Source: a virus. From it: a DNA stretch of 64,000 nucleotides. Numbering within the stretch: the first letter of the stretch is position 1; every line of letters starts with the position of its first letter. The stretch lies in IMG/VR virus record IMGVR_UViG_3300021373_002523, positions 87,784 through 151,783 of that record. The stretch is one strand, 5' to 3'. Shown one piece after another: positions 47,801-57,053 of the stretch. The notes under the pieces are model-generated. The model was given only the letters and a program-made list of their open reading frames with translations, was not told the origin of the DNA and did not search any database. Position numbers and translations under genes: made by a program.

Positions 47801-50800
47801 TTGTTCACCAATAGCACCTTGTTCACCAACAGCACCTTGTAAACCTGTTGCTCCTTGAGATCCTGTTGCGCCTTGTTCTCCAATAGCACCCTGTTCCCCA
47901 GCAGCACCTTGGCTTCCTGTTGCACCTTGTTGACCAACAGCACCAGTAGCTCCTTGGCTTCCTGTTGCACCTTGTTCGCCGACAGCTCCTTGTTCACCAA
48001 CTGCACCTTGTGTTCCTGTTGCTCCTTGTAAACCTGTAGCCCCTTGTTCTCCAACTGCACCTTGTTCTCCAACTGCACCTTGTGTTCCTGTTGCTCCTTG
48101 CTGACCAACTGCTCCAGTTGCTCCTTGGGTTCCGGTTGCTCCTTGTTCACCAACAGCACCTTGTATACCTGTTGCTCCTTGAGATCCTGTAGAACCTTGT
48201 TCACCAACAGCGCCTTGAGTTCCTGTAGCTCCTTGTTGACCAACAGCTCCTTGTTCTCCAACTGCGCCGGTTGCACCTTGAGATCCTGTTGCTCCTTGAT
48301 TACCTATTGCACCTTGTGTTCCTGTAGCACCTTGTTGACCAATAGCACCAGTTGCACCTTGAGATCCTGTTGCGCCTTGTTCTCCAACTGCACCTTGATT
48401 ACCTACAGCACCTTGTTCTCCAACTGCACCCTGTATTCCTGTTGCTCCTTGTTCTCCAACTGCACCCTGTTCTCCAACTGCTCCTTGATTACCAACTGCA
48501 CCTTGTGTTCCAGTTGCACCCTGCAATCCTACAGCTCCAGTAGCACCTTGACTTCCTGTTGCTCCTTGATTACCTACTGCACCCTGAGTTCCTGTTGCAC
48601 CTTGTTCTCCAACTGCACCTTGATTACCTACAGCACCAGTGGCTCCTTGGCTTCCTGTTGCTCCTTGCTCTCCAACTGCACCTTGATTACCGACAGCACC
48701 AGTTGCTCCTTGAGAACCAGTTGCTCCTTGTTCCCCAACAGCACCTTGATTACCGACAGCACCAGTTGCACCTTGAGATCCGATAGCACCTTGTCCACCA
48801 GTTGCACCCTGTTCACCAACAGCACCTTGATTACCTATTGCGCCTGTTGCACCTTGTTCACCAACAGCACCTTGTGTTCCTGTAGCTCCTTGTTGTCCTA
48901 CAGCACCAGTTGCACCTTGACTTCCCGTTGCTCCTTGAGAACCTGTTGCTCCTTGTTCACCAACTGCACCCTGAGTTCCTGTAGCTCCTTGGAATCCTGT
49001 AGCTCCTTGTCCACCAGTTGCTCCTTGTTCGCCAACGGCTCCTTGTAAACCAGTTGCTCCTTGAGAACCGGTTGATCCTTGATTACCTACAGCACCTTGT
49101 GTTCCAGTTGCACCTTGTTGACCAACGGCACCAGTTGCTCCTTGTGATCCAGTAGAACCTTGTGATCCAGTAGAACCTTGTAAACCTGTAGCTCCTTGTT
49201 GACCAACAGCACCAGTTGCTCCCTGAGAACCAGTTGCTCCTTGATTACCTACAGCACCTTGTGTTCCAGTTGCACCTTGTTGACCAACTGCACCAGTTGC
49301 ACCCTGAGATCCAGTAGATCCTTGTAAACCTGTGGCTCCCTGATTACCTATGGCACCAGTTGCACCTTGTTCACCAACAGCACCTTGAGTCCCGGTAGCA
49401 CCTTGTTGACCAATTGCACCAGTTGCACCTTGAGTTCCTGTTGCTCCTTGTTGTCCTACAGCACCAGGATTAGATCCTATACATATAGTATATGTAGCAG
49501 CATTTATAAATGTAAATGTTGAACCACTAAAATTACTAAGGTTCATATCTATTAAACCACCACCTGCACTAGATGAAGCAAATGTATAATTTGCAGTACC
49601 TCCACCAATTGGATCTGTTATACTTACCTGTGCTCCTGCTTGAGCTAATGCAATTGCTAATCCTAATGGATCTGTACTAATTACTCTAACAGAAGCCGGT
49701 GTTGCTGCTGAAGTTGTGGGTGAAGCCAATCCCATTCTAAATTCGTTATTACTAGGAGAAGCTCCAGAATTATATTTTACATTATAACAGCCTCCTAATA
49801 AACCTGATGCTCCTTGTTGACCAACAGCACCAGTTGCTCCTTGATTACCTATTGCACCTTGTGTTCCCGTGGCACCCTGCAATCCTACAGCACCAGTTGC
49901 TCCTTGAGAACCAGTTGCTCCTTGATTACCTATTGCACCTTGTGTTCCTGTAGCACCTTGTTGACCAACGGCACCAGTTGCTCCTTGTTCTCCAACTGCA
50001 CCCTGTGTTCCTGTTGCTCCTTGTTCTCCAACTGCACCAGTTGATCCTTGAGAACCAGTTGCTCCTTGATTACCTATTGCACCTTGTGTTCCCGTAGCAC
50101 CTTGTTCTCCAACTGCTCCAGTAGATCCTTGTTGCCCTATAGCCCCAGTAGATCCTTGTTGACCAACAGCACCCGTTGCCCCTTGACCACCAGTTGCACC
50201 TTGTTCACCAACTGCACCAGTTGCACCTTGTTCACCAATTGCACCTGTGGCTCCTTGAGATCCAATATCTCCTTGAGATCCTGTAGCGCCTTGTTGTCCT
50301 ACGGCACCAGTTGCACCTTGAGAACCAATATCTCCTTGAGATCCAGTTGATCCTTGGCTTCCTGTAGCACCCTGTGTTCCTGTAGCTCCTTGTTGCCCTA
50401 CAGCACCACTAGCTCCTTGTTGTCCTACAGCACCAGTTGCACCTTGTTCACCAACAGCACCTTGTGTTCCCGTGGCACCCTGTTCACCAACTGCACCGGT
50501 AGCTCCCTGAGATCCAGTTGCTCCTTGTTGACCTACAGCTCCAGTAGATCCTTGTTGTCCTACAGCACCAGTTGAACCTTGAGAACCTGTAGACCCCTGT
50601 TCACCAACTGCACCAGTTGCACCTTGAGATCCAGTTGCTCCCTGTTGACCAACAGCACCAGTTGCTCCTTGTTGTCCTACGGCACCAGTTGATCCTTGTT
50701 GTCCAATTGCACCAGTCGATCCTTGAGAACCCGTAGCACCTTGAGAACCTGTAGATCCTTGTTGCCCAATTGCACCAGTTGATCCTTGAGTTCCTGTAGC

Positions 50801-51577
50801 ACCCTGTTCACCAACAGCACCAGTAGATCCTTGTTGTCCAATAGCACCTTGTCCACCTGTTGCTCCTTGAGAACCTGTTGCTCCACTTGCACCTGCACCT
50901 GTTGCACCCTGTAAACCAATACCAGTTGCTCCTATGTTACCTTGTGGTCCAGTTGCACCAGTGGCTCCAGTTGAACCTAACCCAGTTGCACCAATACCAG
51001 TTGCTCCTATATTACCTTGTGGTCCAGTTGCACCAGTTGCCCCAGTCGAACCTAATCCTGTTGCACCACTTCCAGTTGCTCCTGTAAATCCAGTTGATCC
51101 GGTAAACCCAGTTGCTCCAGTTGCTCCAGTTGCTCCAGTTGCTCCAGTTGCTCCTGAGCCTGTTGCACCAATAAATCCAGTGGCACCAGCTGGACCAACA
51201 GGACCTGTTGCACCTGTATCAGGAATAGGTGCCCATGTATTATCACCTCTTAAATATGTACTAGCACTTGGGGTACCTGTTGCACTTAATGCAGCAGTTA
51301 AAACTGGATTAACAGCAGGATTACCAGTTACAGTTAAATTTATAAATTGGGAATTTCCTGAACCTACACTTACTACAGTACCACCCCCACCACCAACAGA
51401 GTTTATTGTAATGGTTGTTCCTGAAGGAGTTTCAACTACGTCTAATGTTACATTACGACCAGCCACAAGCTTGTCATTATAACACGCCTCAATTAACTCA
51501 AAAGAGGAATACTGCGTGATGAGATCACCAGCTTCCCAGAGCTCCTTAAGTTGATACTTAGGTAATATTACTGCCAT
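38822..51577 (-). CDS. Giant collagen-like fibre protein (4251 aa)
   Basis: About 1280 Gly-X-Y triplets ([21 protein letters not shown]); N-terminal anchor region containing YLRGDNTW; internal ~110-aa globular insert; C-terminal ~175-aa Cys-containing domain; late-type GATAAATA box upstream. Confidence 0.93.
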   Translation of the reverse strand: MAVILPKYQLKELWEAGDLITQYSSFELIEACYNDKLVAGRNVTLDVVETPSGTTITINSVGGGGGTVVSVGSGNSQFINLTVTGNPAVNPVLTAALSATGTPSASTYLRGDNTWAPIPDTGATGPVGPAGATGFIGATGSGATGATGATGATGATGFTGSTGFTGATGSGATGLGSTGATGATGPQGNIGATGIGATGLGSTGATGATGPQGNIGATGIGLQGATGAGASGATGSQGATGGQGAIGQQGSTGAVGEQGATGTQGSTGAIGQQGSTGSQGATGSQGSTGAIGQQGSTGAVGQQGATGAVGQQGATGSQGATGAVGEQGSTGSQGSTGAVGQQGSTGAVGQQGATGSQGATGAVGEQGATGTQGAVGEQGATGAVGQQGASGAVGQQGATGTQGATGSQGSTGSQGDIGSQGATGAVGQQGATGSQGDIGSQGATGAIGEQGATGAVGEQGATGGQGATGAVGQQGSTGAIGQQGSTGAVGEQGATGTQGAIGNQGATGSQGSTGAVGEQGATGTQGAVGEQGATGAVGQQGATGTQGAIGNQGATGSQGATGAVGLQGATGTQGAIGNQGATGAVGQQGASGLLGGCYNVKYNSGASPSNNEFRMGLASPTTSAATPASVRVISTDPLGLAIALAQAGAQVSITDPIGGGTANYTFASSSAGGGLIDMNLSNFSGSTFTFINAATYTICIGSNPGAVGQQGATGTQGATGAIGQQGATGTQGAVGEQGATGAIGNQGATGLQGSTGSQGATGAVGQQGATGTQGAVGNQGATGSQGATGAVGQQGATGLQGSTGSQGSTGSQGATGAVGQQGATGTQGAVGNQGSTGSQGATGLQGAVGEQGATGGQGATGFQGATGTQGAVGEQGATGSQGATGSQGATGAVGQQGATGTQGAVGEQGATGAIGNQGAVGEQGATGGQGAIGSQGATGAVGNQGAVGEQGATGSQGATGAVGNQGAVGEQGATGSQGATGAVGNQGAVGEQGATGTQGAVGNQGATGSQGATGAVGLQGATGTQGAVGNQGAVGEQGAVGEQGATGIQGAVGEQGAVGNQGAVGEQGATGSQGATGAIGQQGATGTQGAIGNQGATGSQGATGAVGEQGAVGQQGATGTQGAVGEQGSTGSQGATGIQGAVGEQGATGTQGATGAVGQQGATGTQGAVGEQGAVGEQGATGLQGATGTQGAVGEQGAVGEQGATGSQGATGAVGQQGATGSQGAAGEQGAIGEQGATGSQGATGLQGAVGEQGAIGEQGATGIQGAVGEQGAVGEQGATGSQGATGSQGATGAIGQQGATGTQGAIGEQGATGTQGATGSQGATGLQGAVGEQGAVGEQGATGAVGQQGATGTQGNVGNQGATGSQGATGAVGNQGAVGQQGATGGQGAVGEQGAVGEQGATGSQGATGAVGNQGAIGNQGAVGEQGATGTQGNIGNQGATGSQGATGAVGEQGAVGNQGATGSQGATGLQGAIGEQGAVGEQGAVGEQGATGSQGATGAVGNQGAIGQQGATGTQGAVGNQGAVGEQGATGAVGNQGAVGEQGATGSQGATGLQGAVGEQGAVGEQGATGTQGAVGEQGGIGEQGATGSQGATGAVGQQGATGTQGAVGEQGAVGEQGATGAVGQQGATGTQGAVGEQGAVGEQGATGAVGNQGAVGEQGAVGEQGATGSQGATGAVGQQGATGTQGAVGEQGSTGSQGATGSQGATGAVGQQGATGTQGAVGEQGAVGEQGATGIQGAVGEQGATGSQGATGLQGSTGTQGAVGEQGAVGEQGATGSQGATGAVGQQGATGTQGAVGEQGATGSQGATGSQGATGAVGNQGATGLQGSTGTQGAVGEQGAVGEQGATGSQGATGAVGQQGATGTQGNIGNQGATGSQGATGSQGATGAVGNQGATGSQGAVGEQGATGIQGAVGNQGAVGEQGAVGEQGATGSQGATGAVGQQGATGSQGAVGEQGATGSQGATGSQGATGAVGNQGAVGEQGAVGEQGAVGEQGATGSQGATGAVGNQGAVGNQGATGSQGATGAVGNQGAIGNQGATGSQGATGLQGAVGNQGATGSQGATGAVGQQGATGPKGEVGDQGATGSQGATGSQGATGIQGAVGEQGATGSQGSTGAVGQQGATGPKGEVGDQGATGSQGATGAVGQQGATGTQGAVGNQGATGSQGATGAVGNQGAIGQQGATGIQGAVGNQGAIGEQGATGTQGATGSQGATGGQGATGPKGDVGDQGATGFQGATGAVGNQGAVGEQGATGTQGAVGQQGATGGQGAVGNQGAIGDQGATGFQGATGAVGNQGAVGNQGATGSQGATGSQGATGSQGATGLQGAVGNQGATGSQGATGAVGNQGAVGEQGAVGQQGATGGQGATGPKGDVGDQGATGFQGATGAIGQQGATGTQGAVGNQGATGSQGATGSQGATGAVGNQGAIGEQGATGSQGATGLQGAVGNQGAVGNQGAVGQQGATGPKGEVGDQGATGSQGATGLQGAIGEQGATGTQGAVGNQGAVGQQGATGPKGEVGDQGATGAVGNQGAVGNQGAVGEQGATGSQGATGSQGATGAVGNQGAVGNQGATGSQGATGAIGNQGAVGNQGAVGEQGATGSQGATGSQGSTGAKGEVGDQGATGAVGQQGATGSQGKIGNQGATGFQGATGAVGNQGAIGNQGAVGEQGATGTQGAVGNQGAVGKQGATGIQGAVGNQGAVGQQGATGPKGEVGDQGATGAIGNQGAVGNQGAVGEQGATGSQGATGAVGQQGATGPKGEVGDQGATGIQGAVGNQGAVGKQGATGLQGAVGNQGATGSQGATGVVGDQGPVGVQGATGTQGAAGNQGAVGDQGPVGVQGATGSQGATGAVGNQGAVGDQGPVGVQGATGSQGKIGNQGATGSQGKVGNQGATGSQGATGAVGNQGAIGNQGAVGEQGATGSQGATGAVGQQGATGTQGAVGNQGATGSQGATGAVGNQGAVGNQGAVGEQGATGSQGKVGFQGATGSQGATGAVGNQGAVGEQGATGTQGAAGNQGAIGEQGATGSQGATGAVGNQGAVGNQGAVGEQGAVGEQGATGSQGAVGKQGATGAVGNQGAVGNQGATGSQGATGAVGNQGAVGNQGAIGEQGATGAQGAVGNQGAVGLQGATGIQGAIGEQGATGSQGATGAVGNQGAVGEQGATGTQGAVGNQGAVGNQGNIGATGTQGAVGNQGAVGLQGATGAVGNQGAIGEQGATGSQGATGIQGAVGNQGAAGNQGAVGEQGATGSQGATGAVGNQGNIGSTGTQGAVGNQGAAGNQGAVGLQGATGSQGKVGFQGATGSQGATGAVGNQGAAGNQGAVGEQGATGTQGAAGNQGAVGNQGAVGEQGATGSQGATGAVGNQGAVGNQGAVGEQGATGTQGAAGNQGAVGNQGAVGEQGATGSQGATGIQGAVGNQGAVGNQGAVGQQGATGSQGATGAVGNQGAAGNQGAVGEQGATGTQGAAGNQGAVGNQGAVGEQGATGSQGATGAVGQQGAVGNQGAAGNQGAVGLQGATGAVGNQGAVGKQGATGTQGAAGNQGAVGNQGAVGLQGATGAVGNQGAVGKQGATGTQGAAGNQGAAGNQGAVGLQGATGAIGNQGATGKQGATGTQGAVGNQGAIGLQGATGTQGAVGNQGAVGKQGATGAVGNQGAAGNQGAVGEQGATGSQGKVGNQGATGSQGATGAVGNQGAAGNQGAAGNQGAVGLQGATGAVGNQGAVGKQGATGTQGAAGNQGAVGEQGAVGLQGATGAIGNQGAVGKQGATGTQGAVGKQGATGAVGNQGAVGNQGAVGEQGATGTQGAVGNQGAVGLQGATGAIGNQGATGKQGATGTQGAVGNQGAVGEQGATGTQGAVGNQGAVGKQGATGAVGNQGAVGNQGAVGEQGATGTQGAVGNQGAIGLQGATGAIGNQGAVGKQGATGTQGAVGKQGATGAVGNQGAVGNQGAVGEQGATGSQGKVGFQGATGFQGATGAVGQQGNSGPDGGQGATGAGGEQGATGTQGAVGNQGATGSQGAIGEQGTVGVQGATGTQGAAGNQGAVGNQGKIGVQGATGTQGAVGGQGGTGAQGSAVGAVYKDTMFTQSAFIQDAGVGTYQGDIADGDSIWVDNNSFIKTPAWVVSRSHKYMIDPAVGVTQPILFCGTLAVSAAAGTFGKFNGRWVITGYTCSDVQSTDFTKEVTSVWTAYCNWDMSGFNPLSKAAFCCEVEIDPTGIEQCDMIVVQLEIKDNEKGIVQQMALNYGAAQTNDTF
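39355..51215 (-). repeat. 9/18-bp period degenerate tandem repeat encoding Gly-X-Y
   Basis: Recurrent plus-strand units such as gcaccttg, gctccttg and ttgattacc; interrupted at about 49470-49805. Confidence 0.9.
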
Positions 51578-51605
51578 AATGGTTGATAGTTCTTTGTTTT
51601 ATTTA

Positions 51606-51998
51606 TCAGCCTTTCAAAATGTTTAAAAACTTATCAAATGACAGTAGGTGTGTTTTCTTTTTCTTCTTTTTCTTTTTCTTAATAGGTTCCAATAAGTCAC
51701 CGCTTCCGGTTTTTTGGCTACTAAAAGAATTCATAGAACCTGGATTTCCAGGAAGAGTAGCATTCCCCATACTCTGAACATTCATGTTCGGATTAAGGTT
51801 TACCGTACCTGCTTCGTTTTCTTTTATCTTGTTAGGTAATTCTTTTTCATCAGTCTTAACAAAATCTTCTAATGTTTTAACTGATAATTTTGATAATTCT
51901 TTTACATCATCTGAAACCTCAGATGATTTAAGTTCTCCTTTTTTATATTGCAATGCTAATGCAAAAAATCTTCTTTGTGCTTTTGATTGTGCTGGCAT
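51606..51998 (-). CDS. Hypothetical basic protein (MPAQSKAQRR N-terminus, poly-Lys tract)
   Basis: 130 aa; K9 run and C-terminal HLLSFDKFLN. Confidence 0.65.
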   Translation of the reverse strand: MPAQSKAQRRFFALALQYKKGELKSSEVSDDVKELSKLSVKTLEDFVKTDEKELPNKIKENEAGTVNLNPNMNVQSMGNATLPGNPGSMNSFSSQKTGSGDLLEPIKKKKKKKKKTHLLSFDKFLNILKG

Positions 51999-53329
51999 TA
52001 CTTAATAAATTTCTTTAAAAATGCAGTACAATAATTTAGTAGCTCTTTTCTTGCAGGTTTAATATCAGATAACTCTGTCATTGGGCCAGCTTTCCACTGA
52101 ATCCAGTCTTCTGCAATTTGTTCTAATGCAGCTTCAACATTTGGCATTAATTCAATGTACTCTTCATTTAACTTAGATTCCTTAAGATCAGCAATGTCTT
52201 TATATTTAACTTCATGCTCCTCTCCATCTTGATCTACTGCAAAAACAACATCGTTATGCCACATATCAGCATTATCTTTATTATTTGATTTAGGATTGTA
52301 AATTATTAATTCAGTTCCATCTCCTAATTGAATAAATGCATCATCAGCTTTACCTAATGCCTTTAACAGTTTTCTTTTATCAAATTTTGCTTCATTAATA
52401 TTAAAGTCGGATAAAGATTTTAAATTTTTCATATCATTGCTTTCTTTTATTGGTTGTATTATATCTTGTAATGGCTTATAAAATTTATGTATGCTTTTAG
52501 GAGTCATTTTTTGAAATGTCTTTTCATCATCTATCTTTAATGCATTACGTACTTTAGATGCAGAAATATTATCATCGGTCCTAAAAATTTCAAAACCTTT
52601 AAACTGTGGATCTACTCCAAGCTGGTCTCTATATGATTGCTTATTAATCATAGCACCATAAGATTTTTTTCTATCAGTACCAAACCCCCACATCATAGGC
52701 TCATATGCAGGCCTTGCGGCTGCAAACATTGTATCAATAGCCCCATTAGGGACAACGATAGCAGTTTCCAAAAATGGGTATTGTTTAGCCATCTTAGTAA
52801 ACATAGCTTGTTGCATTGCTTCATCAAATGGCCTTTTCTCTGAATCTCTATTTTTTCCCCTAACAAGAAATACAACAACAGGTAAACCATTTTCTTTATA
52901 CATTTTTTCAAATACTTTAACATGCCCTAATGTAAAAGGTTGGAATCTACCAACAAACATATTGACTGGCTTTTTACCTCTACCTTTATGTGGTACAGAT
53001 AAAGCTTCATTAATAATTGTAGGGCGAGTTCTATTTTTAACTCTTTGGCCATAAGGTGATAGTGAATATGTTTTTACACCTGACTGATCTTCACTAATAT
53101 TAAATAAAGTTTTATTTCTACCTAACCATCTTTTGTTAGCTTGGAGTTCAGTAAGAATCCTATTCATTTCTTCTTCTGTGATATGACCATCCGAAATAGC
53201 ATCTAAAATAATACTCCTAACCCTAGCATTAGTAGAAATATTTTTTGCTGGATATGCTTCAGTATATCTTCTTTTTACTACCACTTTCTTTTCATTTAGA
53301 AAGTTATTTAAATCATTAATGTTTTCCAT
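51998..53329 (-). CDS. HIGH-superfamily nucleotidyltransferase (cytidylyltransferase/NMNAT-like) with extra domains
   Basis: FVGRFQPFTLGH, GTDR and ISASKVR motifs; leader MENINDLNNFLNE and internal MKNLKSLSDFNINE. Confidence 0.8.
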   Translation of the reverse strand: MENINDLNNFLNEKKVVVKRRYTEAYPAKNISTNARVRSIILDAISDGHITEEEMNRILTELQANKRWLGRNKTLFNISEDQSGVKTYSLSPYGQRVKNRTRPTIINEALSVPHKGRGKKPVNMFVGRFQPFTLGHVKVFEKMYKENGLPVVVFLVRGKNRDSEKRPFDEAMQQAMFTKMAKQYPFLETAIVVPNGAIDTMFAAARPAYEPMMWGFGTDRKKSYGAMINKQSYRDQLGVDPQFKGFEIFRTDDNISASKVRNALKIDDEKTFQKMTPKSIHKFYKPLQDIIQPIKESNDMKNLKSLSDFNINEAKFDKRKLLKALGKADDAFIQLGDGTELIIYNPKSNNKDNADMWHNDVVFAVDQDGEEHEVKYKDIADLKESKLNEEYIELMPNVEAALEQIAEDWIQWKAGPMTELSDIKPARKELLNYCTAFLKKFIK

Positions 53330-53340
53330 ACCTTATATAT

Positions 53341-56157
53341 TTACTTTACCATTTTTATACCCATCATAGATGAAAAAGGATTCCAAACCATACCTTTTTG
53401 TAAAAACTTAAAGTTAGCATTACTAAACTTTTTTGTTTTAAATATGAATGCACCTGCCTTAACTTTTGTATCTAAGTATACTTGTTTAACATCCGTTACT
53501 TTTTGTGTAAGCTGAGTTAGTACATCCGAATACTTTTCATTTAATGCATTTGCTGTTTCTACCATAATAGGATAGAAAATCATCCCTACTCTATTAGAGT
53601 CATTTTTCTCCATTCTCTCTTCATATTCTTTCATATATTTAGATGCATCAATTTTACCTCTCCATGCTCCAGTCTTTTCTGATAATGTTTTTATGAAAAA
53701 CTCAAACTTACTTTTATCTTCTTTAATGAGATTATCTAAAAAGGTAACTAAGGCTTCTCTTGTAGCAGATTTCTGATTTAGCTTAGCCTGCTGTAAAACA
53801 TATGAATAACCGGATCCTTGGTTAGGGCCGGATACATCATTTGCTAAATTCATTACTTTATTATATGTTGTTGAATTTCTATTTAATTCATATGGGTTTA
53901 ACCACACCTTAACTACATCTTCATAAAATGTTGTTTGATCAGGATCTAATGCAAGGCCATCATTTCTTTTAGCATTATCAATCATTTTCATTATTGAAGA
54001 TCCGCTAGGAGTTCCTCCGCCGCCTGCTTTAGAAGAAACTTTATATTGATCAAATTCAAAATCAACCAATGCTTCATTGGATGCTTGTGGGTAAGATAAG
54101 CCTTCTCCTGTATCTTTAATTATATTAAACATCATTAATGCGCCTAACACTTCACCAAAGTCATTTGAAAAGTTAGCTATAGATACTTGATCAATTCCAT
54201 CAAAGAAAGTAGCCCCAACTTTATATACTATAGGAGTTCCACTAGAAGCATAAGTTTCAAAATCAGAAAATGTACCAACTTTATTTTTTAATACTACTTG
54301 CATAGAATCTTTAATGAATTGTTTATAATTATCAGGATAAGATGTTTTATCTATAAACTGATTTACTCTGCTCACAACTGCTATACCTGTTTTGTATGTA
54401 GTACTTGCAAGATCCATTGCATCAGGGGTTAAATCTTTTCCTTTAATTACTGCCGCTTCTCCAGTCTTTGCACTTACTTTATAACGGTTGGTTAGAAAAA
54501 TTGTATCTCCTCTTTTAAAGTCTTGTCCTAATATTTGTTTATTTGCTTTTAAAATTATCTTATAGGTATTAAATTGTCCAGAAAAAGTCTTACCTACATC
54601 CTTATGATAATGGCCGCTAGGATATTCTTCTATCTTATATGCTCGCTCTGGTAATTTTAATCCTTTTAAATACTTTTTAATATTTTCTTCGGCAGTTCCA
54701 TCATTAGCCCCAAAATTAGCTCTTACATACTCTGGGCTGTATTTTGCCCCAGCTGAATCTCTTCGTGTTTGGGGAAAAGTTTTTTCATAATGCTTTAACC
54801 AATTTGCTTGTCTTTCTTTTACACTAGGCTGTTTCTTAGCTTCATTTAAAACATCAATTTTTCCTAAGTTAATAAATTTATTATAATTAAGAACTCTTTC
54901 TTCTACAACCAATTCTTCTAAATCTTTATGATCTATTTCTTCGGTTACTTTATTACTTAAATATTCTCCAAATGTTTTAAATTCACCGGATGTTTCTTTG
55001 TTTATTGCATCGCTAATTTTGTTAATGAGTTTATTAAAATCTTCAACAACAGATGCGGTCATCACGGCACCTACTCTTTTAGGGTTTCTTTTCTTTCTTA
55101 GAGAACCTAGCATAATTTTATATAGGTTTCTTAATGAATCTGATTTTTGTAAAATTTCTTTAGTTTGTGAATTCTTAACCATATCAAGATTAAGATCAAA
55201 CTCAGGGCCTTTTGCAAAATCAGCTTTCTCTATATTTAATTTTTCTAATTCATGCCCTCTTTTAGTTACATAATCATTATATAGATTACTTACTAATTCT
55301 AAGTATCTTTCTTGTGGATTATCCATTAACAATTCACCAGCTCTTAAACCTCTTTCTTCTATAAAGGCTAAAATATCTAACAAAAGAATTTCATTAATAT
55401 CTGCAGGTGCTCTCCTTAAATCAACAGGTTTTTTATCTTTCATTAATGATTGTGTATAAGGATCGATCATTTTAGCAGTAAAGGTTTGATTAGTACCTGG
55501 CCTATAAAATTTAAAGATAATGGAATCTATAGGTTTATCTAAATCATTCTGTAGTGTTGTTTGTTGGATTGTTGGATTTAAGCAATTTATTAAATACCTA
55601 GCAAAAGAACTTGTACCAAAAACTTCTAATTGGTCTTCTTTTGGTGTTGAAAGAAATTCTCTAATCTTTCTTTTTTGCTCTTCCTTTAAATATCCACTAA
55701 ATATTGGAATAAGAGGAGTTACTTGAAATGCCGATGCCCAGTCTCTAAGAACCCTAGGATCTTCAATTACTTTAGCAATTTTACCTTTTGGATTTCTTAC
55801 TTGGATATGAGTAAGTACTAAATTATTTTTAGGCAGATTATCATACTTAATTGGACCAGGTTGATTATGAACAAAATACTGAAAGCAAAATCTCCAATAC
55901 TCCGGCAGATCTTCTACATGACCTTCAGTTTGTTTAAGTATGTATTGAATAGCAGGTTCATAGTACATCATTAATGTTCTATCCACTATATTAATTGGCA
56001 TTTTATTACTGCCTTTAAAAAATCTTATTTCATTTCCATGTCTCTCAAAAGAAAATGATGAACCTGATAATTTTTCTGTTACCAGTAAATAATCTTTAAA
56101 AAGATCATTGACAAATTGTTGCCCTACTTCTTTATATATGTTTGTTAACTCTTTCAT
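53341..56157 (-). CDS. Multidomain protein: N-terminal ligase-like nucleotidyltransferase domain and C-terminal PD-(D/E)xK nuclease-like domain
   Basis: LLVTEKLSGSSFSF (KxDG-like), IDSIIFKF...AKMID; C-terminal DFGEVLG...YP..SNEALVD....VSSK. Confidence 0.55.
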   Translation of the reverse strand: MKELTNIYKEVGQQFVNDLFKDYLLVTEKLSGSSFSFERHGNEIRFFKGSNKMPINIVDRTLMMYYEPAIQYILKQTEGHVEDLPEYWRFCFQYFVHNQPGPIKYDNLPKNNLVLTHIQVRNPKGKIAKVIEDPRVLRDWASAFQVTPLIPIFSGYLKEEQKRKIREFLSTPKEDQLEVFGTSSFARYLINCLNPTIQQTTLQNDLDKPIDSIIFKFYRPGTNQTFTAKMIDPYTQSLMKDKKPVDLRRAPADINEILLLDILAFIEERGLRAGELLMDNPQERYLELVSNLYNDYVTKRGHELEKLNIEKADFAKGPEFDLNLDMVKNSQTKEILQKSDSLRNLYKIMLGSLRKKRNPKRVGAVMTASVVEDFNKLINKISDAINKETSGEFKTFGEYLSNKVTEEIDHKDLEELVVEERVLNYNKFINLGKIDVLNEAKKQPSVKERQANWLKHYEKTFPQTRRDSAGAKYSPEYVRANFGANDGTAEENIKKYLKGLKLPERAYKIEEYPSGHYHKDVGKTFSGQFNTYKIILKANKQILGQDFKRGDTIFLTNRYKVSAKTGEAAVIKGKDLTPDAMDLASTTYKTGIAVVSRVNQFIDKTSYPDNYKQFIKDSMQVVLKNKVGTFSDFETYASSGTPIVYKVGATFFDGIDQVSIANFSNDFGEVLGALMMFNIIKDTGEGLSYPQASNEALVDFEFDQYKVSSKAGGGGTPSGSSIMKMIDNAKRNDGLALDPDQTTFYEDVVKVWLNPYELNRNSTTYNKVMNLANDVSGPNQGSGYSYVLQQAKLNQKSATREALVTFLDNLIKEDKSKFEFFIKTLSEKTGAWRGKIDASKYMKEYEERMEKNDSNRVGMIFYPIMVETANALNEKYSDVLTQLTQKVTDVKQVYLDTKVKAGAFIFKTKKFSNANFKFLQKGMVWNPFSSMMGIKMVK

Positions 56158-56210
56158 TATTAGTTTTTAGTTATACTTATTATATATTAGCTAATTAGAT
56201 TAATAAAAAT

Positions 56211-56238
56211 AAAAAAGATGAGTCATTAGCTCACCTTT
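56211..56238 (-). terminator. Probable terminator
   Basis: Minus strand AAAGGTGAG-CTAATGA-CTCATCTTT-TTT. Confidence 0.6.
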
Positions 56239-56278
56239 AATACACTTTTAATATTTTACACCTATTATTACATTATCA

Positions 56279-56602
56279 TTATGATACATCCATAATATCG
56301 CCGTGGTCACATACTATACCTTTTCTGGTTAATTCCTTACAAATTCTATCTAATGTACCAGGGCCATAAGACATAGGTAGTCTTTCTTTAACTCCTAATG
56401 ACTTTAAAAGTTTTTCAGTATCGTCAAAACCTATCTTAGATCTTTTATTTACATTTGCAGTTTTAGCTACATCATATAGAGACGTTCCATAAAATCTACC
56501 TCTATCTGTGTAAATAAAATTTATTCCTTTTATCTTAAATGATTTGCCGCTACGATCTTTATAGTTTACAGCCTCATTTATAAATTCTTCAAAGTTTTTC
56601 AT
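56279..56602 (-). CDS. Putative internal head protein
   Basis: N-terminus MKNFEEFINE resembles the T4 IP capsid-targeting sequence MKTYQEFIAE. Confidence 0.6.
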   Translation of the reverse strand: MKNFEEFINEAVNYKDRSGKSFKIKGINFIYTDRGRFYGTSLYDVAKTANVNKRSKIGFDDTEKLLKSLGVKERLPMSYGPGTLDRICKELTRKGIVCDHGDIMDVS

Positions 56603-56603
56603 A

Positions 56604-56972
56604 TTATGCTAATTTAGATTTACCGTCCCATACTTTTACGATATAAAAATTGCCATCTTTTTCTAGGTAGCGAGGATCTTGTTTAGTTGGTCTCATTAAT
56701 AGTCCGTGTGAGTTTTGGCCTCTCCCATGTTTACCTATGTTTTTATCATAGCCACGGTTTGCCATCCAACCAGACCCACCAGAAAAATAAGAAGAGAAAT
56801 AGCCTCGGTTGCTCCTGTCATTAGGATCTAGGCCTTTGTGTTTAACGATTAAGTTTTGTAAATCTTTCCATTTAGATTTGCCTTTCTTTTCAGCATAGTC
56901 CAATACCATTTTTTTAATTGTGTCCATTTCTTTAGATTCATTAAGAGATTCAAATGTATGTAAATAGTCCAT
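56604..56972 (-). CDS. Putative internal head protein / hypothetical protein
   Basis: N-terminus MDYLHTFESLNE; basic body. Confidence 0.55.
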   Translation of the reverse strand: MDYLHTFESLNESKEMDTIKKMVLDYAEKKGKSKWKDLQNLIVKHKGLDPNDRSNRGYFSSYFSGGSGWMANRGYDKNIGKHGRGQNSHGLLMRPTKQDPRYLEKDGNFYIVKVWDGKSKLA

Positions 56973-56996
56973 ATTGTTGTTTTATTTTAATTTATA

Positions 56997-57053
56997 TAAA
57001 TATAATTATTTTTGTTGGGATAAAAAAATTATTTCACTAAAAGTTATTAACAA
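56997..57053 (-). promoter_or_regulatory. Putative early promoter (TTGTTAATAACTTT...TCCCAA-N8-ATTATATTTA)
   Basis: Both boxes are identical to the copy at 34419-34485. Confidence 0.65.

Noticed and set aside
39355-51215. Possible CRISPR array or satellite repeat
   Set aside because: There is no constant repeat with unique spacers; variation is at synonymous positions of a single open Gly-X-Y frame.
38927-51482. Dozens of plus-strand and alternate-frame ORFs (Cys/Thr/Leu- or Leu/Gln-rich) inside the collagen gene
   Set aside because: Shadows of the 9-bp codon periodicity; low complexity, no independent starts or protein motifs.
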